From the NCBI GenBank assembly GCA_964016885.1, contig OZ024742.1, forward strand, positions 53,878,001-53,942,000: a stretch of 64,000 nucleotides of DNA, in the 5' to 3' direction. Positions 38,790 through 50,975 of the stretch are shown in pieces; positions within the stretch are counted from its first letter, which is position 1, and every line of letters begins with the position of its first letter. Below the pieces are notes generated by a model, which was given only the letters and a program-made list of their open reading frames with translations, was not told the origin of the DNA and made no database searches. The DNA comes from Eledone cirrhosa (Eukaryota). The position numbers and the translations under genes were made by a program.

Positions 38790-40775
38790 CGAAAAGACTA
38801 AGATGGAGAACTTTTTCTACGGTAGATACCGCGACAATCAGGACTTCGACACCCTATGCTCTCACCCTTCGAGAACGACCTTTTCCACCTGGTCAAGACC
38901 ATTAAATTCAAACCCAGACACAACAGATTCCTACAACAACTCCGAAGCAAAATAAAAGAGTATGAAAACACCAACGACATCATGGTGCACTCAGACAAAA
39001 CTGGAAACCTCTACTTCGTCAATCCTGACAGATACCACTAACTGATCAGGAGCAGCCTAAACTGCACCTATAAAAAAGCTAACCATTCAATTATCGAGGA
39101 CATAAATCGAGATGGACAACAAATTACCTCCAGCCTCAGGGTCGCCGACCGCACTGAACCCCTAGACCCACGAACTCCCTACTTCACACTGAAGGACCAG
39201 AAATCCGACTTCGACCGCAAACCATCCATTAGGCTTATAAACCCAACGAAGTCGGACATAGGGAGAATCAGTAAAAATATCCTAGACCGAGTTATACCAA
39301 AAGTTAAGCAAAACGTGAGACTTAGCCTATGGGTCAGCACCCAGGAAGTAATCTCATGGTTCAGGAATATGGAGGACAAACGAGACACAAAATTCATCCA
39401 GTTTGACATAGAGAGTTACTATGCATCTATAACCTTACCGCTCCATACGGCCGCCTTGGACTTTGCCGAAACACTCACACCCATCACTGACCAGGAAAGA
39501 AATATCATTCCCCACGCCAGGAAGACAGTCCTACTTTTCGACAACTCCAAGTGGATAAAGAGAGCTCCCGACTCCCCCTTCGACGTCAGTATGGGCGCGA
39601 CGGATTCGGCCGAGGTCATAGATCTTATAGGATTATTTCTACTATTTAAACTCACCGAAATGTTTCCTGCATTCGGCGGTGGATTGTACCGGGATGATGG
39701 GCTCCTCACCCTCAAAGGGTACAACCCCAGTAGAATGAACTTCTTCCGGGACTGGGGATTTAAAATCACCCTACAAACGTCCCTAACCCGAGTCAATTTC
39801 CTGGACGTTACCGTTAACTTCGAAAATGATCTGTACTACCCATACATGAAACCAAACGACAACCTGCACTACATCCACCGCCGCTCTAACCATCCTAGAA
39901 ACATCACCAATAACCTGGTTAAACACATCTCCCTCCGCATATCTCGTTTGTCCGCTAATGAGCAGATATTTGACGAACACGCGCCTCATTACAACCAGGC
40001 CCTCAAGCGGAGTGGCTTCCGGGAGGAAATATCCTTTTATCCAGCTTCCCTTAGCGGAACCAGCAGGCGACACCGCCGCTCACGCAACGTTACGTGGTTC
40101 AATCTTCCCCATAATGCCGAGGTGGCAACACCTATCGGGAAAATCTTCTTTAGACTTCTCGAAAAACACTTCCCACTACAAGACCGCTACCACAACATAA
40201 TCAACAAAAACACCATCAAACTCTCCTACAGCACCACACCTAACTTTGCACAAAACATCGTCTCCTCAAACAACAAAAAACTCGACCCCTATGGAAGAAA
40301 TAACCTAGACATCAGTGGAGAGCCGACCAGGAGGTGTAACTGCCCTGATAGATCTACGTGCCCCCTCAACAACAAATGCCGAGAACGTAACGTGATCTAC
40401 CAGTCCAACGTGAGGACGGACACCTCCAACAAAGCTTATATAGGATTAACCGCGTGTGACTTCAAGACCCGGCTCTACCAACACCGACATACTTTCCGAA
40501 ACCCGGTCCGGCGACATGCCACTACACTTTCGGGCCACATCTGGGACCTCCAAGATAATAATATAACCTACAATCTCACTGGGAGCTTACTGTCCAGAGC
40601 TAACTTTTACATGGGAGGACGCCGTCCGTGTAATTTATGCTCAGAGGAAACATTACAAATGCTGTTTTCAAAAGACCAACTCCTAAACAAGAAAGACGAA
40701 CTGGTAACCGCATGCAAACACAGATTGCATAGGACTTACCTCGCCCTCAAACCCCATAAAGACCCAGGTGGGTAG
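38790..40775 (+). pseudogene. PLE reverse transcriptase / GIY-YIG endonuclease, one frame with a single stop at 39039-39041
   Basis: SDKTGNLY, LKDQK, RLINP, QFDIESYY, DVSMG, GLYRDDG, VNFLDV, YIHRRSNHP, CNCPDRSTCPLNNKC (CxCx5C linker, which I associate with Nematis-type PLEs), VIY...YIG...FKTR...H, CNLC. Confidence 0.92.
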
Positions 40776-41456
40776 ACAAGGGCTGATACCTCCCACCACT
40801 TGCCGAATAAGTTAGGGGAAACCCCAGCTTACTTAAGTAGATGTATATCTTCTCTTTTCTTTTCCTCTTTGTCTTCTTCTTCCCCCTGTCTCATCCTATC
40901 ACTTCCTTCCACCCCCTATTTTCTTCCTCGTCCGCTTTTGCCCTTTCGCCTACTCCGATGCAGCCCATCGGGCCTCTATAGCATCAGTTCCCCCACCCTT
41001 GTAATTTTAAGATAGAATTGGCCGAATACGTTTTACTAACTACTTATAGCAGACGTGTTAAACCCCTTTAATTTTGTATCAGTTCTGGTACTACTCAATT
41101 TCTACAAGTTTTTTCTACTCTCAACTTATTAACCTGTAATTGTAAGATAGCATTGTGATTTTTTTTATTCATTTCTCACTATATATTTTTTATTTTTTCT
41201 ATTATCTTTTATTGTCTCCTACTCTCATTCGATTTACCTATTCTATAACCTCCCTCCTCCACTTCGTACACTATCCTTAGAATTTGCTGTATACATATCA
41301 CTTTCAACGCTTGACTGCTCCACGCACTCCCCTATTGTTCTACAGGCAAGTTCAGCTACCCCTACCTCCCACCAAATGCCATGATAGACTTATTTGTGTT
41401 TACAACACATTTTAACCAGTCCTCTTGACAACTACAATCTTCCCATATAAGGAAGT

Positions 41457-41553
41457 ACCCCCTTGACAAGTTCGGCTATTTATTCACCAGGCTAAAAATT
41501 CTAATTTAGTCCAGAAATAGCTGTCGAAACGGCTTGAGCTCTGCCGTCGGGGT
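41457..41553 (+). ncRNA. U3-A8 variant hammerhead (family B)
   Basis: ACCCCC-TTGACAA(41463)-GTTCGGCTATTT...AAATAGCTGTC-GAAA-CGGC-TTGAGCTCT-GCCG-TC|GGGGT; GUC cleavage after 41548. Confidence 0.8.
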
Positions 41554-41644
41554 CATATTTTTTCCTATTTCCTACTCTACTACCTTAAATATTGAGTACT
41601 CTGGTGCGTTATGGTCCATCTGGTTCCTTACCACAATTCCTTTG

Positions 41645-41681
<37 letters not shown>

Positions 41682-41737
41682 TAAACAAATAATGAATAAA
41701 CAATGAAACAGTTCCTTATATTAAACAAAAAAAGTTC

Positions 41738-41885
41738 ATTATTTAACGATCGTTTCTAGGATATATATGTGTTAGAATTGGCATGCATATTCAACAGATC
41801 TATGTACAAAATTATACAAAATTATACAAACTATCAAGATTAAATATACATACCAACACATATATACGCCGTCTTCAGAAATAAT
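41738..41885 (-). ncRNA. Family D hammerhead (mirror copy)
   Basis: Reverse complement of 41887-42034. Confidence 0.78.
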
Positions 41886-41886
41886 G

Positions 41887-42034
41887 ATTATTTCTGAAGA
41901 CGGCGTATATATGTGTTGGTATGTATATTTAATCTTGATAGTTTGTATAATTTTGTATAATTTTGTACATAGATCTGTTGAATATGCATGCCAATTCTAA
42001 CACATATATATCCTAGAAACGATCGTTAAATAAT
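41887..42034 (+). ncRNA. Family D hammerhead, long stem II
   Basis: ATTATTT-CTGAAGA(41894)...GAAA(42016)-CGATCG-TT|AAATAAT. Confidence 0.8.
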
Positions 42035-42230
42035 GAACTTTTTTTGTTTAATATAAGGAACTGTTTCATTGTTTATTCATTATTTGTTTAATATTTTATC
42101 TTGACTCTGTATACCGTTTATCTTTCACCGAAAGTGATTTTTCATTACATCTCTTCTTTCCATGATATCCGGAATACATTGAGTTCTTCATACGGATTGG
42201 ACACTACCGTAAACTCTTGGTAGATTTATC

Positions 42231-42312
<82 letters not shown>

Positions 42313-42780
42313 TAGCGAGAATCGTTTTCAGCTCAGGAATTAACGAAAATCAACGTCCGATATGTGTGGCAAGTGCTCGATGAATCATATGAATCAGAGC
42401 TACAACATACGTTAAGGGCCAAACACACTGAGATGATTGTTAAACATATCATCCGCACAGCCAAAACAAAACGACCAAGTAATTCGGGTCAAACAATAAA
42501 AATATATGTGTTGATACTTTCCCGGACCCTGGACTGATGGTAAGATCCAGTATTGGTTTCTGCGACTCCAAATCAGGTACTGTCCGCCTACGTAAAGAAT
42601 GTCGGGCTTCTGGTGAGATGATGAACAAGGCAGTCGTGTTATCAACGGGTTTTGCTCCAAGATGCTATAGATAGTGTGGCTATTACTGACCCCTCGTGGG
42701 ATTCAGCAAGGGAGGTAACACCTCTATTAAGCGAATGATTCAGTTGTGTATTATTGCGAGAATGCAAAATATATATATAT

Positions 42781-43620
42781 AAGTTAAAACAATGAAGTAA
42801 AAATTCAAGTCATTAGGAATATACTTCACTGCTTTACGATCGTTTCTAGGTGATAATAATACATCGTACGCATATTTCGTTATCGATCTATGTAAGGTTA
42901 GTTGCAAAATATCAAATAAGGAATATATTTACCTACGTGTATATCGTCAGCCGTTGTCAAAAGCAATGAAATTTTATTCAAAATCAATAGTAAATTGAAT
43001 TCTATGACCTTATTTGGAGGTAGCTGATGAACAAACCAATCAAATGGTCTTTTGCCATATGATGTTAAGACGAAAAATAACTCACTTTAGTTAAGGTTAT
43101 GACCTTTTGAAAGGAATAGTTGAATGGTGTTAAAAATAGAATTACTATGAAGAACTTATGAAGAAAAGGGATTGTTGTATTGATAGTGGAATGTAGATGG
43201 TGGAGTGAAGTTTAAAAGGGAAGTAAAAATTATATGTTGAGTTGTGTTCTATGGAGTTTTTAGGTGAATATAAATAAAGAAATATAAAATATACGGAAAT
43301 AAATATAGATAGGTAAACTAATGGTCATAACTAGGAAGGATAGTATATTAAAAGATGAAAATTATAATAAGATAATAAAATACAATAATATAATAATATA
43401 ATATAATGTAATATAATATAGTGCATTATGGTACATTGTATACAGTATAGTATAGCGTATGATGTATCATAAAATATAAAATAATAAATATTTTCAAGTG
43501 GGTCTATGTAAAAGTAATCAATCCCAGATTGATTACTTATACATAGCCAAATGTTGACATAGCCAAAACGCATAATTTTCTTAGATCACAAAAGTACATA
43601 TACTCACATATATAGATAGA
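42781..43620 (-). mobile_element. PLE 3' region remnant related to family D
   Basis: HHR at 42825-42970 sharing TACGATCGTTTCTAGG and GATCTATGTA with family D, followed by AT-rich UTR-like sequence; right boundary uncertain. Confidence 0.55.
42825..42970 (-). ncRNA. U3-A8 variant of the family D hammerhead
   Basis: Reverse complement: TTCATTGCTT-TTGACAA-CGG...CCTA-GAAA-CGATCG-TA|AAGCAGTGAA; 10-bp stem I. Confidence 0.82.
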
Positions 43621-43740
43621 GGTATAATTACATAGATACTCCATTAAAAACATACATACGCATACATAGATATATACATACACATATACATACATAGACG
43701 CACACATACATACATATATATATATATATATACATACATA

Positions 43741-43820
<80 letters not shown>

Positions 43821-44650
43821 CTAGTAGCTGAGCCCGGTTGCACCCGGGGCCACTTTTTATTAAGTTAATAATTTGAAAAATATTATTGAAAGTTTATTAT
43901 AAAGAAGCAATTTCAGGAAAAAAAATAGAAATATGCACTAGGGGCTGGACGGCGTACAATGAGAAATGGAGCGACGTGTAAAGCGTTGTTTACTAACAGC
44001 GAAATAGCAATTGTCGATGATATGCAAGTTTAAAAATGCAGATTATGAAGGTTTGTATGATAGTTTACACTTTGATTGGCCCTGGTCAGCAACAGGGGCC
44101 TCTATATATGAGACGTTTATTAGAAGAGGGGGAAATAACTAACCCCAGTATTAGAACAGGGGGTTCGCAATGTAAGGGTTTTATTTTAATTCTAATACAT
44201 GTTAACCACCACTAACAGTAAGTAGTATTTTTCAAAGTCAAATAAAAAGTGTAAAGAATATATGCATGTAAACTTAATGAATGGGATCTATAAGCCTTTG
44301 GTTTGCCGAGTTAATTCATTCAGTTTTTTTTAAATATTCATTGTAAACTTAATGAAGGCGATCTATAAGCCGTTTGGTTGCCGAGTTAATTAATTCATTT
44401 TTTAAAAAAATATTCATTGTAACTTAAGGAATGGGATCTATAAGCCCTTTGGTTGCCGAGTTAATTAATTCAGTTTTTTAAAAAATATTCATTGTCTTAT
44501 TTAAAATGCTTGCATCATCTTATTTGCTTGACATACCTTGACTAAGTAGATGGTTAAATTCAGTCATGGTATGTCAAGCAACATCTTATTTGCTTGACAT
44601 ACCTTGACTAAGTAGATGGTTAAAATTCAGTCAAAGTATGTCAAGCATCA
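43821..44650 (-). mobile_element. Non-autonomous Helitron-type element with internal tandem repeats (3 x ~78 bp at ~44265-44495; 2 x ~63 bp at ~44512-44650)
   Basis: Reverse-complement 3' end CCCGGGTGCAACCGGGCTCAGCTACTAG (hairpin plus CTAG); 43874-44091 recurs at 59869-60084. Confidence 0.65.
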
Positions 44651-44653
44651 TCT

Positions 44654-44720
44654 TATTTTATCTGATGAGGACGTACTGTTGAAGATAGCTCAGTACCTCT
44701 GAAATATGTATAATAAAATA
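44654..44720 (+). ncRNA. Type-I hammerhead ribozyme
   Basis: TATTTTAT-CTGATGA(44662)-GGACGTACTG...CAGTACCTCT-GAAA-TATGTA-TA|ATAAAATA. Confidence 0.8.
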
Positions 44721-44964
44721 TACTTTATCACACGAATGTCTATATTTGTTAATATTTTGAATTAATATTAATAACTCCGGAAAACCATTCCAGTGGAGTG
44801 CTTCTGATCTATTGTAAAACTTTATTCATTGATTTATTCATTGAACCTTGTTTAACCTTTAAATATATATATTCACACAATTACACAAACATTCATATAA
44901 CTATCTCTCTATATCTATCTACATATATATGTGTGTACATATGTATATATATATGTATATTTAC

Positions 44965-44996
<32 letters not shown>

Positions 44997-45101
44997 TTAC
45001 ATATATACATATATATATATACATACATATGTCTTTATATATATATATATAAATCAGGAAAGAAGGTTGACATGGTTTGCTATACAAAAAAGGTTTTTAA
45101 T

Positions 45102-45220
45102 CTCATAGCTGACAATTGTTTCTCTGAACTGGTAGGTCTAGAGATCGCTATTCGCTTATTTTCACGTTACTCGATCGCCAATACAAAATTATAACCAGTC
45201 AGATCTTCGGAGCATGCGAG
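45102..45220 (-). ncRNA. Family A hammerhead (core CCGAAGA)
   Basis: Reverse complement: GCT-CCGAAGA-TCTGACTGGT...ACCAGTTCAGA-GAAA-CAATTG-TC|AGC. Confidence 0.8.
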
Positions 45221-45590
45221 AATGAAGAGAATACACAGGAAAGAAAAGAATATACAGGCTACTATATGAAGTAGTAATGGCATTCAGTTAGAACAATAAC
45301 AACAATTACAACAATGCTATTAATAAATTATTTGAGGAGACCCTGACATTACTTAGGTGGGGGTATAGTGTATCTAAGATTACGGCGTGTAAAACTAGCT
45401 GTCATGAGGCAAAAGTAAGAGTTTGGCATGTACAGAGTATCGAAGTGTGTATCAATTTTAAATTATAAAGATAAGCCAGTGTTTACAGTCTTTCTTTTCA
45501 TCTTCAATAACATACATGAGTGGGACAACACTGTCAAAGCTAAATAGTTGTTGAGTTAATACAGAGGTTAACGAGGTAATATACGCATAT

Positions 45591-45712
<122 letters not shown>

Positions 45713-47289
45713 GCATGTGTACATAGACACATACATACACATCAATATACACTCGTACAAAAATATATATACATGCAAAGAGATAAGCGTGCTAATTGTA
45801 ATTATGGCAAAAGGAAGGTAAAGTTACATTGTAGTAGTGATTTGAGAAAAACTAGGATTTAGGATCAAATGATGGCAGCAGCTGAGAAGGAATAAGTTTG
45901 TGGGTTGATGAGGTACTTACAGACATTTGTGTGGTATAGACTTATGAAGGATATAGTATACTTAATGAATATATTTCTGTGGGTAGTAGGTATCCTAATT
46001 TAAAGCTATGTTGTGTTGGTTTGATTCACGGAGGTTTGAATCTTATGAATTTAGTGGCAATTCTATGTCTGCAGAAGATAGATCTTTCTAACTTATTGTT
46101 AAGTAGCCTTTTTACATTTTTGAGGATATACAATAGCTCAAGATCACATAGCCCGCATTGGGACATCCCTGTACTATAGGTTTTAGCAGCCGACAACTTC
46201 GACCAGTTGATACTGTAGTTAGTGTTGCTGTCCTTCAGTTCCCATATTTTTTTGGCGAGGGTTGTGGAACCCATAAGTGCACGGTTTTTCATTGAGTGTC
46301 TGTGCACATACCATCTTTTTATAAAAGAACCCGCGGTGGATCCTATGTAATTCCAGGTGGAGTTACCCGAGATGACCGTGCACATGTACACTAGGCTCGA
46401 ATCGAGACATCTGTTCGCCAATGGGCACCTATCTGGTAGGTGACAGTTACAGTTTGAGGCGCTATTTTGTGCAGCTTTTACATTCCTATTTAGTACTCTG
46501 TTATAAGTGGGTTGTGATATATGCCCAATGGGGTTTTGCTGCTGCGCGTTTGTATGCGCTTGTGGTTGTGATGTTGTGATGTGTTTGTGCTTATAATTTG
46601 GTGCTACGTTATGTATAGGTGCAGTTGATTTACTATAGATATTTCTGTGGTTGATCTTGCGTATGTGTGATTTTATGTTTGCTGCTGTTGAGTATGAGAG
46701 TTTTATAGTAGATCTATTGAGTATTTGTGATATCTATGCGAGATAGGGAAGTGTTTATCTATTAGTTTAAAGAATGTAGAGGGCAGTCTAGTTTTTATAG
46801 AGGAGTTGAATATTGGGTTGAACCATAGGTATTTTCTTTATCTGTTTCTTCTATTGTTTCTTGAGTTTACGTTATTAGTGTTTTGGCCGTTTACTCCAGG
46901 TGTTACGTGTCTAACCCTATGTCTAGTCAAGTTATTTCTATTATTATGTGAGCGGTTGGAGTAGTAATTACTAGGATTGTTTACGTTGTCTTTATTCACT
47001 ATATACTGCAGTTTATCTTTATGACCGGCCCTACGTAATGCTGCATTATAATAGTCAGCATGCTCGTTAAAGATTTCTAGGTTTGAGGATAAGCGGGATA
47101 TTCGGAGGGATATACTACGTGCTATGGATCTAATTATGGATTTGGGGTGATTTGAGTTGTAACTAATGTAGGCAAGATTTTCATTATTTTTGTGGAAAGG
47201 TTCTATTAATCCAGTATTTAGATTTAGAATCATATCTAGAAAATTTACCTTCTTATGGTTCAGTTCGTAGGTAATACTTAGGCCTAGTT

Positions 47290-49563
47290 TTGAAGGGACC
47301 GAATACCAACGGAAAGGAATTTTCTAAGGAGAATTACGGGTTTAAATCCTGCAAAAACCCGCCAAACAACCCCGCACTCGATGCTTTCGAGCTGGACCTT
47401 ATGAACATGATAAGTGAAACTAAATTTAAAAAAGGAACAAATCACAACAAATTGCAAAATGACTTAAATACATTACTAAAAAAACTAAAAGACACTAACG
47501 GTATCATAGTAAAAGCAGACAAAACATCAAACGTATACTCTATGGACATTAACACATACAATAGCTTTATCCAGTGTGAACTACATAAAAAATATAAAAA
47601 AACAAATGAATCAACACTCACCAGCATTAACGTGGAGGGCCTCAAGATAGTTAATAAACTCGGAATTCCAGATAGGACCGAACCGCTAACCCCGTGCAAC
47701 CCAACATTTAACCTGAAGAATCACAAAAATAACTTTGAAACTAATCCCACCATTAGATTAATATGCCCATCCAAGTCAGACATAGGTAAAATTAGCAAGA
47801 ACATTCTAGATAGGGTAATCGCACAAATAAAGGGTAAACTAGAAATCAATTTATGGGGCAACACTAACGAGGCAATTAAATGGTTCAATAAAATACAAAA
47901 TAGGGAGACGTGTAACTTCATACAATTTGATATAGACGACTACTATGCATCCATATCCCCAGCTACCCTAGATAAGGCGCTTATATTTGCTCAAAATAAC
48001 TCTGATCTTACTCATGATGAAATTGAAATAATAATAACGGCTAGAAGGACTATCATAAAATTTGAAAATAGCTACTGGGTAAGAAAGGATAGAATAAATA
48101 GCTTCGATATAACAATGGGATCAAATGATTCTGCGCAAATCACAGATATCGTGGGGCTATTCATAGCACACAACCTACATAAGGAATTCAGAAACCTCCA
48201 AGGAGGAATTTATAGGGACGACACGTTACTTATAGCTAGAAACCTAAACAACCAGAGCATGGAAAGACTAAGAAAAGATATTAGAATATTCTTCAAAAAA
48301 CTAGGCCTAAGTATTACCTACGAACTGAACCATAAGAAGGAAAATTTTCTAGATGTGACTCTAAATCTAAATACTGGATTAATAGAACCTTTCCACAAAA
48401 ATAATGAAAATCTTGCCTACATTAGTTACAACTCAAATCACCCCAAATCCATAATTAGATCCATAGCACGTAGTATATACCTCCGAATATCCCGCTTATC
48501 CTCAAACCTAGAAATCTTTAACGAGCATGCTGACTATTATAATGCAGCATTACGTAGGGCCGGTCATAAAGATAAACTGCAGTATATAGTGAATAAAGAC
48601 AACGTAAACAATCCTAGTAATTACTACTCCAACCGCTCACATAATAATAGAAATAACTTGACTAGACATAGGGTTAGACACGTAACACCTGGAGTAAACG
48701 GCCAAAACACTAATAACGTAAACCCAAGAAACAATAGAAGAAACAGATAAAGAAAATACCTATGGTTCAACCCAATATTCAACTCCTCTATAAAAACTAG
48801 ACTGCCCTCTACATTCTTAAACTAATAGATAAACACTTCCCTATCTCGCATAGATATCACAAAATACTCAATAGATCTACTATAAAACTCTCATACTCAA
48901 CAGCAGCAAACATAGAATCACACATACGCAAGATCAACCACAGAAATATCTATAGTAAATCAACTGCACCTATACATAACGTAGCACCAAATTATAAGCA
49001 CAAACACATCACAACATCACAACGACAAGCGCATACAAACGCGCAGCAGCAAAACCCCATTGGGCATATATCACAACCCACTTATAACAGAGTACTAAAC
49101 AGGAATGTAAAAGCTGCACAAAATAGCGCCTCAAACTGTAACTGTCACCTACCAGATAGGTGCCCATTGGCGAACAGATGTCTCGATTCAAGCCTAGTGT
49201 ACATGTGCACGGTCATCTCGGGTAACGCCACCTGGAATTACATAGGATCCACCGCGGGTTCTTTTATAAAAAGATGGTATGTGCACAGGCACTCAATGAA
49301 AAACCGTGCACTTATGGGTTCCACAACCCTCGCCAAAAAAATATGGGAACTGAAGGACAGCAGCACTAACTACAGTATCAACTGGTCGAAGTTGTCGGCT
49401 GCTAAAACCTATAGTACAGGGATGTCCCACTGCGGGCTATGTGATCTTGAGCTATTGTATATCCTCAAAAATGGAAAAAAGGCTACTTAACAATAAGTTA
49501 GAAAGATCTATCTTCTGCAGACATAGAATTGCCACTAAATTCATAAGATTCAAACCTCCGTGA
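47290..49563 (+). pseudogene. PLE RT (ORF 47290-48750) plus linker/GIY-YIG (to 49563), with a nonsense codon and frameshifts
   Basis: KADKTSNVY, RLICPSKSDIGKISK, QFDIDDYY, DITMGS, GIYRDD, NFLDV, SNHP; then CNCHLPDRCPLANRC, YIGSTAG and CGLC. Confidence 0.92.
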
Positions 49564-49876
49564 ATCGAACCAACACAACATAGCTTTAAATTTGGATACC
49601 TACTACCCACAGAAATATATTCATTAAGTATACTATATCCTTCATAAGTCTATACCACACAAATGTCTGTAAGTACCTCATCAACCCACAAACTTATTCC
49701 TTCTCAGCTGCTGCCATCATTTGATCCTAAATCCTAGTTTTTCTCAAATCACTACTACAATGTAACTTTACCTTCCTTTTGCCATAATTACAATTAGCAC
49801 GCTTATCTCTTTGCATGTATATATATTTTTGTACGAGTGTATATTGATGTGTATGTATGTGTCTATGTACACATGC

Positions 49877-49970
<94 letters not shown>

Positions 49971-50347
49971 ATAAATATATGCGTATATTACCTCGTTAAC
50001 CTCTGTATTAACTCAACAACTATTTAGCTTTGACAGTGTTGTCCCACTCATGTATGTTATTGAAGATGAAAAGAAAGACTGTAAACACTGGCTTATCTTT
50101 ATAATTTAAAATTGATACACACTTCGATACTCTGTACATGCCGAACTCTTACTTTTGCCTCATGACAGCTAGTTTTACACGCCGTAATCTTAGATACACT
50201 ATACCCCCCACCTAAGTAATGTCAGGGTCTCCTCAAATAATTTATTAATAGCATTGTTGTAATTGTTGTTATTGTTCTAACTGAATGCCATTACTACTAC
50301 ATATAGTAGCCTGTATATTCTTTTCTTGCCTGTGTATTCTCTTCATT

Positions 50348-50466
50348 CTCGCATGCTCCGAAGATCTGACTGGTTATAATTTTGTATTGGCGATCGAGTA
50401 ACGTGAAAATAAGCGAATAGCGATCTCTAGACCTACCAGTTAGGAGAAACAATTGTCAGCTATGAG
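50348..50466 (+). ncRNA. Family A hammerhead (core CCGAAGA)
   Basis: GCT-CCGAAGA(50358)...GAAA(50446)-CAATTG-TC|AGC; two substitutions at the base of stem II. Confidence 0.72.
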
Positions 50467-50686
50467 ATTAAAAACCTTTTTTGTATAGCAAACCATGTCA
50501 ACCTTCTTTCCTGATTTATTATTACTCCAAGTGTTTACAACATAGGAATTACAGCATACCCGCAGCATCACTATGAAAACGCCTTGTTGAGTCAAACCAA
50601 GCCAAGCGTTAATATCATCCACTACCTGGAATACCATAACTGGACTATACCTAAATGGACTGCATTTAACTATTATTTGTTACCCC

Positions 50687-50731
<45 letters not shown>

Positions 50732-50752
50732 TACATATATACATACATATGT

Positions 50753-50814
<62 letters not shown>

Positions 50815-50863
50815 AGAATGAATAATAACAGGTAGACATCATAAAAAGGTAATTTATTCAGTG

Positions 50864-50975
50864 TGCTTACAAATATTTCCACGGTGGTTATACAGCTTAG
50901 TTATGCTATGTGCAAATTTATAACTATTTGCATAACTCGATTATCAAATGCTGTGACCACTGTATCATCAGAGCA
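50864..50975 (-). ncRNA. Family E hammerhead, long stem II
   Basis: Reverse complement: TGCT-CTGATGA-TACAGTGGT...ACCACCGTG-GAAA-TATTTG-TA|AGCA. Confidence 0.75.

Larger units (their letters stand above)
38631..41647 (+). mobile_element. PLE (family B): 5'-truncated RT plus GIY-YIG, with short inverted arm 38631-38789
   Basis: The short arm mirrors ~41402-41562; (TA)n at both ends. Confidence 0.93.
41674..42234. mobile_element. ORF-less perfect palindrome (centre 41886, ~212-bp arms) of the family D hammerhead, plus a 3' tail
   Basis: CTTCAGAAATAAT-G-ATTATTTCTGAAG at the centre; ends GTAGATTTATCTAC(AT)n as at 15085. Confidence 0.9.

Noticed and set aside
42311-42770. Coding-like segment, possible transposon fragment
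   Set aside because: No recognisable motif in the frames I could read; left unannotated.
44265-44650. Regularly spaced repeats resembling a CRISPR array
   Set aside because: Whole units are tandemly duplicated with no unique spacers; eukaryotic context and no cas genes.
47290-49563. Selenocysteine or readthrough recoding in the PLE ORFs
   Set aside because: The interruptions examined are TAA/TAG or frameshifts, and a related copy has a sense codon at the 48748 position; no conserved in-frame TGA was seen.
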